32,000 nt of DNA. Source: an uncultured Opitutales bacterium (lineage in GTDB: Bacteria; Verrucomicrobiota; Verrucomicrobiia; Opitutales; Intestinicryptomonadaceae). Location of the stretch: positions 150,001-182,000 of the forward strand of contig CAKUIA010000002.1 in the NCBI GenBank assembly GCA_934660865.1. The letters run 5' to 3'. Shown here piece by piece: positions 10,334 through 19,992 of the stretch. The translations under genes were made by a program, and so were the position numbers. The notes below the pieces were generated by a model. The model saw only the letters and a list, made by a program, of their open reading frames with translations, did no database searches and was not told the DNA's origin. Numbering within the stretch: the stretch's first letter is position 1; each line of letters starts with the position of its first letter.

Positions 10334-11086
10334 CTAGACTATTTTAAGCCCCGCCGATTCGAAAGGCTGCAAGGCTTCGGGGCTGGCGGCCGAATCGGTA
10401 ACGAGAACGTCTATTTTGTCTAAGGGCGCAAAATAGCTTATCGAGCGCGCGTTAAGTTTCGAAGAATCGCACAACAAAACTTTTTTCGAGCAAAACGGCA
10501 ATACGTTTTCCTTAAACTCGGCGTGCATTTCGGCGGCTTCGCTTGCGCCCCTGTCTATGTCTACGCCGTTGCACGAAAAGAAAAACAAGTCTACCGAATA
10601 GCGCTTAACCGCCTGCCACGACGCAAAGCCGCCAAAGCTGTGGCTTTCGCGGTCTAGCCTGCCGCCGGTTAGAATAACCGTAATATTCGACTTGTCCATA
10701 ACCGCCAAAACGATGTCGTGCGCGTTGGTTATAACCGTAAGCCTTATGTCGGGCAGCATTTCGGCCAAAACAAGAGCCGTAGAGCTTGCGTCGAACAAAA
10801 GAGTGTCGTTTTCCTTAATCATTTCGAGAGCCTTTTTGGCAATCTCGCACTTAAGGTTGTGGTTTTGCAGCAGGCGTTTGTTAAGGGGCAAATTGCCGGT
10901 ACCCTTTTCTATTCTTATGCAGCCGCCGTGGGTGCGGATAAGCTTTTTTTCCTCGTCAAGTTGCTCTAAATCGCGGCGTATGGTTTCGTCGGTAACTTCG
11001 AAATATTTGGCAAGCTCTATTGTTCTAAGGCTTGCCTGGCTCGAAAGCATATTTAGTATTATTCTGTGTCTTTGCCTTGCTAACAT
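10334..11086 (-). CDS. DeoR-family transcriptional regulator (sugar-phosphate sensing type)
   Basis: N-terminal HTH ...ELAKYFEVTDETIRRDLEQLDEEKKLIRTHGG with a DeoR C-terminal sensor domain. The listed ORF start at 11104 is a TTG, so the ATG at 11086 (MLARQRH...) is preferred. Confidence 0.85.
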   Translation of the reverse strand: MLARQRHRIILNMLSSQASLRTIELAKYFEVTDETIRRDLEQLDEEKKLIRTHGGCIRIEKGTGNLPLNKRLLQNHNLKCEIAKKALEMIKENDTLLFDASSTALVLAEMLPDIRLTVITNAHDIVLAVMDKSNITVILTGGRLDRESHSFGGFASWQAVKRYSVDLFFFSCNGVDIDRGASEAAEMHAEFKENVLPFCSKKVLLCDSSKLNARSISYFAPLDKIDVLVTDSAASPEALQPFESAGLKIV

Positions 11087-11192
11087 ACGCCAAAAATCGC
11101 GCAAATATTGCGTATAGTCAAGATTTATAACATCTTAAAAGCAAACATACGCCGATTTTTTGCTTGAAGTTTTTTGATTTTTTGGTTTTTTG

Positions 11193-11221
11193 TTGATTGC
11201 GAACAAAATAAATTGTTTAAT
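11193..11221 (+). promoter_or_regulatory. Candidate sigma70-like promoter for the aldolase/rhamnulokinase pair
   Basis: TTGATT (11193-11198), a 17-nt spacer, then TTTAAT (11216-11221), 22 nt upstream of the ATG at 11243. Four T6G tracts precede it. This is pattern matching only. Confidence 0.25.
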
Positions 11222-11242
11222 TTTGAGTATATTTTTTAGATT

Positions 11243-12106
11243 ATGAAAAGCACCGCAAAGAAATCCGCAAAAAAACAAAAGGAATTTATCATTAAAAGCT
11301 CGGAATTTTTCTGGGACGAAAAAAGCGACAAGGCGGCTTGGAAAGATTTGGACAAGTTTTTTAACTCGCCGAAAATAAACAAGCTAAAAGAGCTTATTTG
11401 CGATTTGGGCAGGCGCTGCTACTCGCGCCACTACAACGACGGCAACGGCGGCAACCTGTCGGTTAGGGTGGGTTCTAACCTGGTGCTTTGCACGCCTACA
11501 ATGATAAGCAAAGGCTCTATGAAGCCCGAAGACCTTTGCCTTGTAGATTTAGACGGCAACCAGCTTTGCGGCACAAGGAAGCGCACAAGCGAAATTTTGG
11601 CGCATTTGGCCATAATGAAAACCCAGCCAAAGGCAAAGGCCTGCTGCCACGCGCACCCGCCCTATGCCACCGCTTTTGCGCTGGCGGGCCGCACCCCCGC
11701 CAGATTCATAAACCCCGAGGCCGAAATTTTTGTGGGGCAAATCGGTTTGGCCGAATATAAAACGCCGGGAACGAAGGAAGTTTCGGAGGCCATAGGCGCG
11801 CAAAGCAAAGAGCACGACTGCATTTTTATGCTTAACCACGGCGTGATAACCTGGGCAAAAGACATAGAGGTGGCCTACTGGAAAATGGAAAACATAGAGG
11901 CCCTAAGCCAGTGCGCGTATTTGTCGATGTTTATCGGCAAAGGCCCCATGCATGTAAACAAGGCGCAGCGCAAAGATTTAGACACAATTAGAACGGCTTT
12001 GGGCAGCCCCGTTCCCGAAGTGGACCTTTCGTACGAATACAATTTCTCGTGGGACGATTTAATCGAAAAAATCGCCGACAAAGTGGTTAAAAAATTAAAG
12101 AAATAG
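11243..12106 (+). CDS. Class II (metal-dependent) aldolase/adducin-domain protein, FucA/RhaD-like
   Basis: GNGGNLSVR, TSE...H and CHAHPPYATAF (His metal ligands), and NHGVITW. It has a roughly 50-aa Lys-rich N-terminal extension. Its stop lies 5 nt upstream of rhamnulokinase. Confidence 0.75.
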   Translation: MKSTAKKSAKKQKEFIIKSSEFFWDEKSDKAAWKDLDKFFNSPKINKLKELICDLGRRCYSRHYNDGNGGNLSVRVGSNLVLCTPTMISKGSMKPEDLCLVDLDGNQLCGTRKRTSEILAHLAIMKTQPKAKACCHAHPPYATAFALAGRTPARFINPEAEIFVGQIGLAEYKTPGTKEVSEAIGAQSKEHDCIFMLNHGVITWAKDIEVAYWKMENIEALSQCAYLSMFIGKGPMHVNKAQRKDLDTIRTALGSPVPEVDLSYEYNFSWDDLIEKIADKVVKKLKK

Positions 12107-12111
12107 TTTTT

Positions 12112-13587
12112 ATGGAAAAAGTTTATCTGGCGGTAGATTTGGGAGCGGGCAGCGGCCGCGTTATGGCGGCGGTGTTCGACGGCAAAAAAATTGTTTTAGA
12201 CGAAATTTCGCGCTTCGACAATTCGCCCGTAGACATGCCCGACGGCCTGCACTGGAACATTACAAACCTGTGCAAAAATATGTACGACGGCATTTACGCC
12301 GCCGACCGCAAGTACGGCAAGAAGATTGTTTCTGTCGGCATCGACACATGGGGTGTAGACTACGCTTTGATAGACAAAAACGGTCAGCTTTTGGGGCTGC
12401 CTTTCATATACAGAGACGCGAGAACATCGGGCTGTATGGAAAGGGTTTTCGCAAAAACGGGCAGGGAAAACCTTTACAACAACACGGGCATTCAGTTTCT
12501 TTTCTTCAACAGCATTTACCAGCTTTTTGCGCATTTTAAGAATTCCAAAGAGCTGCTTAAAAACGCAGATTCCCTGCTGTTTATACCCGACTATTTGTCG
12601 TACGCGCTTACCGGCAAAAAGGTTATCGAGGAAAGCATTGCAAGCACTTCGCAACTTTACAACACGGCAAAACACTGCTGGGCAAGCTCGATAATCTCCA
12701 AATTGGGCTTCAAAAAAAGCCTGTTTAAAAAGGCGGTGGCCGCCCCCAAAAATTTGGGAAAGATAAGGAAGAGCCTGTCGGCCAATATGGCAAGCAACCC
12801 CAATGTTATATGCGTGGCGGGCCACGACACGGGGTCTGCGGTGGCCGCAGTTCCCAGTGCCGAAAAATCCCCCTTTTGGCTTAGCAGCGGAACTTGGTCT
12901 ATTATGGGCATAGAGCTTAACCGTGCCGTTATAAACGCCGACGCCTATAAATATTCTTTTACAAACGAGCTTGGCCTTTGCAAAACGGTAAGGTTTTCGA
13001 AAAACATTTGCGGGCTTTGGCTTATGCAGGAATGCAAGCGCGCATGGACGCAAGCGGGCGAAAAAATCGGCTACGAAGACATGCTGCGCCTGGCCAAAAA
13101 TTCCACGCCCTTTAAATATTTTATAGATCCCGACGCCGCAGAATTTGCAATGCCGTGCGATATGCCCAAAAAGATTGCCGACGCGATAAAAAGGCGCTAC
13201 AAGAAAGCCCCCAAAGACAAGGGCGAAATTTTAAGGTGCATATACGATTCGCTTTCGCTTAAATATGCGTATGTATTCGAAAAGCTAAGCAAACTTTCAA
13301 ATACAAAACCCCATGCGCTGCACATTATTGGCGGCGGCAGCAAAGACGATTTGCTATGCCAGTTTACCGCAAACGCCCTTAACATGCAGGTTTTGGCCGG
13401 TCCCGCCGAAGCGACATCTCTCGGCAATGTGGCGGCGCAAATGATTGCCGACAAAACCGTAAAAGACCTTAAAGGCGCGCGCGCCATAATTTCCGCCTCG
13501 GTAAAGCCCAAGCTTTACAAGCCGCAAAACGCGCAGGATTTTGCAAAAGCGTATATCGAGTATAAAAAGCAGCTAAAGCTAAGCTAA
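12112..13587 (+). CDS. rhaB: Rhamnulokinase (FGGY family)
   Basis: Colinear with my recollection of E. coli RhaB: AVDLGAGSGRVM, GIDTWGVDY, YRDARTSG, GHDTGSAV, SSGTWS.MG, GLWL.QEC, HI.GGGS and AGP.EAT.LGN. Confidence 0.88.
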   Translation: MEKVYLAVDLGAGSGRVMAAVFDGKKIVLDEISRFDNSPVDMPDGLHWNITNLCKNMYDGIYAADRKYGKKIVSVGIDTWGVDYALIDKNGQLLGLPFIYRDARTSGCMERVFAKTGRENLYNNTGIQFLFFNSIYQLFAHFKNSKELLKNADSLLFIPDYLSYALTGKKVIEESIASTSQLYNTAKHCWASSIISKLGFKKSLFKKAVAAPKNLGKIRKSLSANMASNPNVICVAGHDTGSAVAAVPSAEKSPFWLSSGTWSIMGIELNRAVINADAYKYSFTNELGLCKTVRFSKNICGLWLMQECKRAWTQAGEKIGYEDMLRLAKNSTPFKYFIDPDAAEFAMPCDMPKKIADAIKRRYKKAPKDKGEILRCIYDSLSLKYAYVFEKLSKLSNTKPHALHIIGGGSKDDLLCQFTANALNMQVLAGPAEATSLGNVAAQMIADKTVKDLKGARAIISASVKPKLYKPQNAQDFAKAYIEYKKQLKLS

Positions 13588-13604
13588 ATGGCTTTGCAGA
13601 AAAC

Positions 13605-13653
13605 ATAAAAAAAATCCGCAACCGAAATGCCCGGTTGCGGATTTTTGTTTTTT
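13605..13653. terminator. Bidirectional rho-independent terminator between convergent rhaB and proA
   Basis: Stem ATCCGCAACCG (13614-13624) pairs with CGGTTGCGGAT (13632-13642) around a 7-nt loop. An A-run lies upstream and a T-rich run downstream. Confidence 0.7.
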
Positions 13654-13662
13654 ATAGGCTTA

Positions 13663-14931
13663 TTATCTTGTCTGCCCCGTGCCGAAAATCTTGTATTTAT
13701 ACGAGCACAATTCGTTAAGCCCCATGGGCCCGCGCGCATGCAGCCTGTCGGTGCTAATGCCGATTTCCGCCCCCAAGCCGAATTCGTAGCCGTCGGTAAA
13801 TCTGGTAGAGGCATTCCAATATACGCAGGCGGAATCTACATTGTTTAGGAACTCTTCGGCGGCCTGCTCATTTTCGCTTACAATCGCGTCGCTATGCCCC
13901 GAGCTGTGCACGTTTATAAAGCGGCAGGCGTCTTTTACGCCGTCTACTGTGGCAACCGAAATTATATAGTCGGTATATTCGGTGTAAAAATCATCTTCGG
14001 TGGCCTCTTTTGCGGGTATTGCCGCCTTTTGCAGAATATCCAAGGCCAGCCCCTTTGCCCTGATTTCCACATTCTTTTCAAGCAAGGCCCTGCATATTTC
14101 GGGCAAAAAGCTTTCGGCAATAGAACTGTCTACCAAAAGGTTTTCGGCCGCATTGCAGGCGCTCGGCCTCTGGCACTTGGCGTTGACGGCAATGCTTTTT
14201 GCCATCTCCAAATTTGCGGATTTTTCTATATACAAATTGCAAACGCCCTTATAGTGCTTAATTACGGGTATTGTGGAATTTTCGCAAACAAAGCGTATCA
14301 GCTTTTCGCCGCCGCGGGGAATTATGCACTGTATTTGCGAATCGAGCTTTAAAAGCGTGTTTAGCGCGGTTCTGTCGGCCGTTGGTATAAACTGCACGGC
14401 ATTCGGGCACACTCCCGTTTCGGTTAGCGCGTCTCTTATGCACTTGGCCAAAATTTGGTTCGACAAAAAGGCTTCTTTGCCGCCCCTTAAAATGCAGGCG
14501 TTAGAGCTTTTAAGGCACAGCACCGCGCAGTCGACCGTAACATTCGGGCGGCTTTCGTATATTATGCCTATAACGCCTATGGGAACCGACACTTTTTTAA
14601 TAACCAAGCCGTTCGGCCTTTTTGTTTCCGACAAGATTCTGCCCGTGGGGTTTTCCAAGCTTGCAACCTGCTCTACGCCCTCGGCGATGGAGTTTATAAG
14701 CTTTTCGCTAAGGGTTAGCCTGTCTACCATGGCGCTGCTTAATCCGTTTTGCTTTGCAGCTTCAACATCTTGGGCGTTTGCCTTTAAAATTTCGGCCGTA
14801 TTTTGCCTTAGGTGTTTTGCAATGCAAAGCAGCGCCGCATTCTTCCTTTCGCCCGACAAGTTTGCAATGTCTAGCGCCGCCTTTCTTGCGGCCAGGGCCA
14901 TATCCTTTACGGTTTGTTCGATATTTTCCAT
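13663..14931 (-). CDS. proA: Glutamate-5-semialdehyde dehydrogenase (gamma-glutamyl phosphate reductase)
   Basis: Full-length ProA-like sequence: IGIIYESRPNVT, catalytic Cys context CNAAE, and a C-terminal STRFTDGYEFGLGAEIGIST.RLHARGPMGL. An AGGAG SD lies 7 nt upstream of the ATG. Confidence 0.95.
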   Translation of the reverse strand: MENIEQTVKDMALAARKAALDIANLSGERKNAALLCIAKHLRQNTAEILKANAQDVEAAKQNGLSSAMVDRLTLSEKLINSIAEGVEQVASLENPTGRILSETKRPNGLVIKKVSVPIGVIGIIYESRPNVTVDCAVLCLKSSNACILRGGKEAFLSNQILAKCIRDALTETGVCPNAVQFIPTADRTALNTLLKLDSQIQCIIPRGGEKLIRFVCENSTIPVIKHYKGVCNLYIEKSANLEMAKSIAVNAKCQRPSACNAAENLLVDSSIAESFLPEICRALLEKNVEIRAKGLALDILQKAAIPAKEATEDDFYTEYTDYIISVATVDGVKDACRFINVHSSGHSDAIVSENEQAAEEFLNNVDSACVYWNASTRFTDGYEFGLGAEIGISTDRLHARGPMGLNELCSYKYKIFGTGQTR

Positions 14932-14940
14932 GGCAAGCTC

Positions 14941-15852
14941 CTATACGGTTGTAATTTCGCGCAAAAATGCTGTTCTTTTCTCGACTTCGGCAAAGCCCGA
15001 TTTTTCGAGCTTGTCGCACGAAAAGTCCTCTACCGTAAGCGAGGCGACGGCGGCGGCATAAAGCATTGCGTTTTTCATGGACTTAAAGGAAAAGTCGTTG
15101 TCGCCCGCCATTTTGCCGATTAAGGCTCCGGCATACGAATCGCCGGCGCCCGTGGGGTCTCTTAACTCGGCTACGGGATAGGCGGGGGCTATGAACATTC
15201 CGTCTTTGTGGAACAGCACCGAACCGTGCTCGCCCTTCTTTATAAGAACGTTTTTTGCCCCCAGCTTTTTCATTTCGTCGGCGGCCTTAAAGATGTTGTC
15301 GCAGCCGGTCAACTCGGCCGATTCCGAATCGTTTAAAATAAACAAGTCGGCTTTTGGAATAAGCTTTAGCAAGTCTTGTTTGGCAATGTTTATCCACAAA
15401 TCCATTGTGTCGACTAGCACAAACTTGGGGCTTTTTATTTTTTCCAAAACCGCAAGCTGGTGTTCGGGGTTGATGTTGCCGAGCATAACGCATTGGCAGG
15501 TCGAAAGGCTTTCGGGAAGCTGCGGCTTGTAGTGCTCGAACACGTTTATTTTAACGTCCAATGTTTCGCGCTTGTTAAAGTCGTCGAAATATTTGCCGCG
15601 CCAAAAAAAGGTGTCGCCCGTATTGTCTATCTGCAGGCCCGAAATGTCTATGTTGCGGTTTTTAAGGCGCTGTATGTCGCTTTGTTTAAAATCTTTGCCC
15701 ACAACGCCGGCCATGTGCGTGTCGGCAAAATACGAGCACGCCAGCGACGCATACGACGCCGACCCGCCCAAGATGTAGTCTCTTTTTGCGTAGACCGTTT
15801 CAATGCAGTCGTACGCAACCGAACCGAATACCAAAACTTCGTTTTTTTCCAT
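14941..15852 (-). CDS. PfkB-family carbohydrate/nucleoside kinase
   Basis: GSASYA near the N-terminus and DPTGAGDSYAGA (PfkB signature 2). The start is moved to the ATG at 15852 (MEKNEVLVFG...). Its stop lies 9 nt upstream of the proA start, so the two are probably co-transcribed. Confidence 0.8.
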   Translation of the reverse strand: MEKNEVLVFGSVAYDCIETVYAKRDYILGGSASYASLACSYFADTHMAGVVGKDFKQSDIQRLKNRNIDISGLQIDNTGDTFFWRGKYFDDFNKRETLDVKINVFEHYKPQLPESLSTCQCVMLGNINPEHQLAVLEKIKSPKFVLVDTMDLWINIAKQDLLKLIPKADLFILNDSESAELTGCDNIFKAADEMKKLGAKNVLIKKGEHGSVLFHKDGMFIAPAYPVAELRDPTGAGDSYAGALIGKMAGDNDFSFKSMKNAMLYAAAVASLTVEDFSCDKLEKSGFAEVEKRTAFLREITTV

Positions 15853-15958
15853 ATTAGGCGAAAAGCTAAAGCATTTATCCGATTTTAGAAAGAAAAAAAC
15901 GCGCATATGCGCTAATTTGAACTTGCAAAAATCCGGCGCCAATCAAAGCTATAACTCT

Positions 15959-17191
15959 ATGAGTTGGTGGTTGTACATAGCCTATAAACAGCTTTTCCCG
16001 ACGGGCAAAAAAATATCGTTTTTTGCCGCGGTTTCGATTTTGGGAGTAGCGCTGGGCGTGCTTGCCCTTTTGGGCACGCAAAGCGTAATGAACGGCTTTC
16101 ACGAGCAGATAGGGCAAAAGCTAAAGGATACTACCGGCGACGTTTCGGTTTCGCGCATAGGCAGAAATTTGCACAACACAAAAGAGCTAAAAAAACGCCT
16201 TTCGAAAATGGACGGCGTTTTGCGCGCCGAAGAGGTAGTTCAGGGCCCGGTGATGATGATTTTCAGAAACTCGCCGCTGTTTCCCGCGTTCAGAAGTTTC
16301 GACACGATTTCGAAAGACTGCGCGCTGCCCATTGCGGAAAACGATTTTGTTATGTACAACACAATAGACGCCCTTGACGACGACGGCGTAATTTTGGGCT
16401 CGCGCATGGCGTATAATGCGGGGATTTCGGTGGGCGATTTCGTTACGGTTTACTCGCCGGCAATGATAGACAAATTAAACGACAACGAAGTGCCCATGCC
16501 CGTGCGCCTTAAGGTTGTGGGCCTGCTTAACACGGGCTTTTCGCAGGTAGATTCGAACACGGGGCTTGTTTCGCTGCGCAGAATGCGCGAGCTGTACAAT
16601 TTCGATTCGAACGGCGCGCAAAACATTTCGCTAAAGCTAAAAGACGGCTTCGACTGCAAAAAATTCGCAAAAAAACTCAACGGCGAGCTTGACAGGGAAG
16701 GCCTTAGGGCAAAATCGTGGACCGACAACAACGAGGCCTTTTTAAGGGTGATTTATATGGAAAAGACAATGATGTCGCTTATAATTATGCTGGTTATTTT
16801 GGTGGCGTCGTTTTCGATTTGCATTTCGCTTTACACTTCGGTTGTAAGAAAAACCCGCGAAATAGGCCTTATGGCGGCAATGGGCGCAAGAAGCTACCAA
16901 ACGGTTTTATGCTATTGCGCGCAGGGGCTTTTTATAGGCATATTGGGGTCGGCGGTGGGCTTGGCGCTAACTTTCGGCATTTTGCATTTTAGGCAGCAAA
17001 TTGTAGACTTTACCTTGGGCAACGAAACGATTAGCGAATTTTACTTCCTTACAAGGCTGCCCGTTGCCTACAAGATGTCGGATATAATTTCAACCTCGGC
17101 GTTTGCGGTTGTTTTGTGCACGCTTGCGGGCATTATACCCGCCTGCGTGGCCGCCCGCCTTAAAGCCTCGAAAGCGATGCGAAATGAATAG
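15959..17191 (+). CDS. Lipoprotein-release ABC permease, LolC/LolE (FtsX/MacB-type) family
   Basis: N-terminal TM segment, a periplasmic MacB-like domain, and a C-terminal FtsX domain (..SLIIMLVILVASFSI..TREIGLMAAMGA..). The start is moved to the ATG at 15959 (MSWWLYIAYKQLFP...). Only one permease gene is present. Confidence 0.85.
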   Translation: MSWWLYIAYKQLFPTGKKISFFAAVSILGVALGVLALLGTQSVMNGFHEQIGQKLKDTTGDVSVSRIGRNLHNTKELKKRLSKMDGVLRAEEVVQGPVMMIFRNSPLFPAFRSFDTISKDCALPIAENDFVMYNTIDALDDDGVILGSRMAYNAGISVGDFVTVYSPAMIDKLNDNEVPMPVRLKVVGLLNTGFSQVDSNTGLVSLRRMRELYNFDSNGAQNISLKLKDGFDCKKFAKKLNGELDREGLRAKSWTDNNEAFLRVIYMEKTMMSLIIMLVILVASFSICISLYTSVVRKTREIGLMAAMGARSYQTVLCYCAQGLFIGILGSAVGLALTFGILHFRQQIVDFTLGNETISEFYFLTRLPVAYKMSDIISTSAFAVVLCTLAGIIPACVAARLKASKAMRNE

Positions 17192-17867
17192 CTTTGTACT
17201 AGAATGTTCGGACATACGAAAATCCTTTAAAAGCCCCGACAAGTCGAACATAGAGGTTTTAAGGGGTATAAACTTTGCAATACGACAGGGCGAAAGCGTA
17301 AGCCTAAGGGGCGAAAGCGGAGCGGGCAAAACCACGCTTTTAAACATTGCCGCCGCCCTGGAACAGCCCACAAGCGGCGCCGTTATGTGGAACGGGCAAA
17401 GAATAGACAATTTGGGCAACTCCAAACAAAGCGCGCTGCGAAGCCGCTTTATGGCCTTTGTGTTCCAGTCGTACTGCCTTATTCCCGAGCTAAACGCGCT
17501 TGAAAACGTGCTTATTGCCCCGAGAATTGCGAATCTCTACAACAAGCATTCAAAAGAAAGGGCCTTGGCTCTTTTGGAAAAAGTTGGGCTTAAAGACAGA
17601 ATCAGGCACACGCCCGCAATGCTTTCGGGCGGCGAAAGGCAAAGGGTTGCCATTGCCCGCGCCCTTATGAACGCCCCAAAGCTTATCATGGCCGACGAGC
17701 CTACGGGCAACCTCGACGAAAAAACGGCGGCAATCATAAACGAAATGTTTTTGGAATTGTGCAAAAACGACAATGTTTCGCTTTTGCTTATAACGCACAA
17801 TTCCGCGTTCGCAAAAATGGCCGACAAACAGCTGCTGTTAAAAGACGGCACAATTTGCAATGGATAG
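17184..17867 (+). CDS. lolD: Lipoprotein-release ABC transporter ATP-binding protein
   Basis: Walker [10 protein letters not shown], signature [15 protein letters not shown] and Walker [12 protein letters not shown]. The ATG at 17184 overlaps the permease stop by 8 nt. Confidence 0.85.
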   Translation: MNSFVLECSDIRKSFKSPDKSNIEVLRGINFAIRQGESVSLRGESGAGKTTLLNIAAALEQPTSGAVMWNGQRIDNLGNSKQSALRSRFMAFVFQSYCLIPELNALENVLIAPRIANLYNKHSKERALALLEKVGLKDRIRHTPAMLSGGERQRVAIARALMNAPKLIMADEPTGNLDEKTAAIINEMFLELCKNDNVSLLLITHNSAFAKMADKQLLLKDGTICNG

Positions 17868-19992
17868 CGCGCAAAGCAGAATACTGGAGCTTAGAAAGCT
17901 GCTCGAAAAATACGAGAGGGCCTACCGCATAGACAACGCGCCCCTTATAAGCGACATAGAATACGACGCGCTTATGCACGAGCTTGTAAGGCTCGAAAAG
18001 GTTTTCCCGCAATACGACTCGCCGGATTCCATAAGCAAGCGGGTTGGCAGCGACTTGGGCGACGATTTCGAAAAGGTAAAGCACCTTTCGCCAATGCTTA
18101 GCCTGGACAATGTATTTAACATTCAGGAATTGCGCGAATTCGACAGCCGCCTGAAAAAGGCGCTGCAAATAGACGAAACCAAAGAGCTTGAATATAACAT
18201 AGAGCCAAAGATAGACGGGGCGGGAATTTCGCTTGTATACAAAGACGGCGTTTTGCTTAGGGCGCTTACGCGCGGCGACGGCGAAACGGGCGAAGACATA
18301 ACCGAAAACATAGGCATTATAAGGGGCATAACCGAGGTTTTAAACACGCCCACCCCGCCACGGCTTTTGGAAATAAGGGGCGAAGTTTACATGACCCGCG
18401 CCGAATTTGAAAGGCTTTGCGCCGAAAAGGAGGCTAAAAACGCGGCAAAAAAGCAAAAGGCGCAAAGCGACCTTTTCGGCCAGCAGCTAGACAATGCCGC
18501 TGCGGAAAAACCGCAAAAACGGGCCTATGCAAACCCGCGCAACCTTGCTGCGGGCACAATGAAGCTGCTCGACAAAACGCAGCTTGAAAAACGCGAGCTG
18601 CAATCGGTTTTCTACTTTATAGCCAAATCCGACGGCTTTGAGCTGGACTGCCAAAGCTCGCTGGCGGGCACGTTGAAAGGCTGGGGCTTAAGCCCCCTTT
18701 TGTGGAGCCAAAAGGCGACGGGCGTAGACGCGGCCTACCAAGCCATAATGCAGCTCGACGAAATAAGGGCAAAATTCCCCTTCGATACGGACGGCGCTGT
18801 TATAAAGCTTAACGACTGCTCTTTGTGGCAAAAGGCGGGCTTTACGGCAAAGTCGCCCCGCTGGGCAACCGCGTGGAAATATAAAAGCCAAAGGGCCATA
18901 ACGACTTTAAAAAAGATAACATTGCAAGTCGGCAGAACGGGCGCAATTACGCCGGTTGCCGAGCTTGAAAGCGTGTTCCTTTCGGGAAGCACGGTTTCGA
19001 GGGCTACGCTGCACAATGCCGACGAGCTTGCCAGAAAAGACATACGCGAGGGCGACAAGGTTTTAATAGAAAAGGCGGGCGAAATTATACCCGCTGTAAT
19101 AGAGGTTGTAGACAAAAATTTGCGCGGCGCAAATTCGCGGCCCTTCAAGTTCCCCGAATACTGCCCCGTGTGCAACACAAAGCTTGTGCGCGACCAGGGA
19201 CAGGCGGTGTGGCGCTGCCCCAATTTCTTTTGCCCCGACAGGATAAAGCGCGCGCTGGAGCACTTTGCCTCGCGCGATTGCATGGATATAGAGGGCCTTG
19301 GCGGCGCCGTTGTAGAAAAGCTGGTTTCCGCCGACTTGGTAAAGTTTCCCTCCGACATTTATTCGCTTAAAAAAAGCGACCTGCTCGGGCTGGACAACAT
19401 AAAGGAAAAGAGCGCGCAAAACCTTATAAACGCAATAGAGCAAAGCAAAAACAGGGATCTGCCGCGCCTGCTTTTCGCCATAGGCATTTTCAATATCGGC
19501 GAAAAAACCGCAAAAGATTTGGCGGCAAAATTCGGCTCGCTGGACAACATAAAAAACGCCACAAAGGAAGAGCTTTTGGCTGTCGACGGCGTAGGCGAAG
19601 TTCTTGTAGATTCGATTACCGCGTTTTTTGCCGACCCGCACAATTTGGAGCAGATAGAAAAGCTGCGGACGGCGAACGTAAACTTTTTAAACCGCACAAA
19701 GCCCGTTTTAGACACCTTTAAGGGAAGCACTTTTGTGCTTACGGGAACACTGCAAAGCATGCAGCGAAGCAGGGCAAAAGCCCTTATAGAAAGTTTGGGG
19801 GGCAAAGTTTCGGCAAGCGTTTCGGCAAAAACTTCGTATGTGGTTTGCGGCGAAAATTCGGGCTCCAAAAAAACCGAAGCGGAAAAACTGGGAGTAAAAA
19901 TTCTAGGCGAGGCAGAATTCCTTAAAATGGCCGATTTCGATCCCGAAAAAGAAAGCCCCGACAACAACCAACAAATGCTTTTCGACCTATGA
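17860..19992 (+). CDS. ligA: NAD-dependent DNA ligase
   Basis: Adenylation motif EPKIDG, a four-Cys Zn finger (CPVC...CPNFFCP), an HhH region and a C-terminal BRCT (FVLTGTL....[22 protein letters not shown]). The ATG overlaps the lolD stop by 8 nt. Confidence 0.97.
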   Translation: MDSAQSRILELRKLLEKYERAYRIDNAPLISDIEYDALMHELVRLEKVFPQYDSPDSISKRVGSDLGDDFEKVKHLSPMLSLDNVFNIQELREFDSRLKKALQIDETKELEYNIEPKIDGAGISLVYKDGVLLRALTRGDGETGEDITENIGIIRGITEVLNTPTPPRLLEIRGEVYMTRAEFERLCAEKEAKNAAKKQKAQSDLFGQQLDNAAAEKPQKRAYANPRNLAAGTMKLLDKTQLEKRELQSVFYFIAKSDGFELDCQSSLAGTLKGWGLSPLLWSQKATGVDAAYQAIMQLDEIRAKFPFDTDGAVIKLNDCSLWQKAGFTAKSPRWATAWKYKSQRAITTLKKITLQVGRTGAITPVAELESVFLSGSTVSRATLHNADELARKDIREGDKVLIEKAGEIIPAVIEVVDKNLRGANSRPFKFPEYCPVCNTKLVRDQGQAVWRCPNFFCPDRIKRALEHFASRDCMDIEGLGGAVVEKLVSADLVKFPSDIYSLKKSDLLGLDNIKEKSAQNLINAIEQSKNRDLPRLLFAIGIFNIGEKTAKDLAAKFGSLDNIKNATKEELLAVDGVGEVLVDSITAFFADPHNLEQIEKLRTANVNFLNRTKPVLDTFKGSTFVLTGTLQSMQRSRAKALIESLGGKVSASVSAKTSYVVCGENSGSKKTEAEKLGVKILGEAEFLKMADFDPEKESPDNNQQMLFDL

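Noticed and set aside
12196-13053. Long antisense ORFs opposite clearly homologous genes. Examples: 285 aa opposite rhaB, 262 aa at 14273-15061 opposite proA, 293 aa at 24787-25668 opposite GH28, 274/270 aa at 8914-9964 opposite sppA, 213 aa at 20525-21166 opposite mutL, and 207/202 aa at 18735-19967 opposite ligA.
   Set aside because: Each lies wholly inside a gene whose product has strong family motifs. Their translations are low-complexity (Arg/Phe/Ala/Val-rich) with no recognisable motifs. This pattern is what codon bias of the sense strand produces by depleting stops on the opposite strand.
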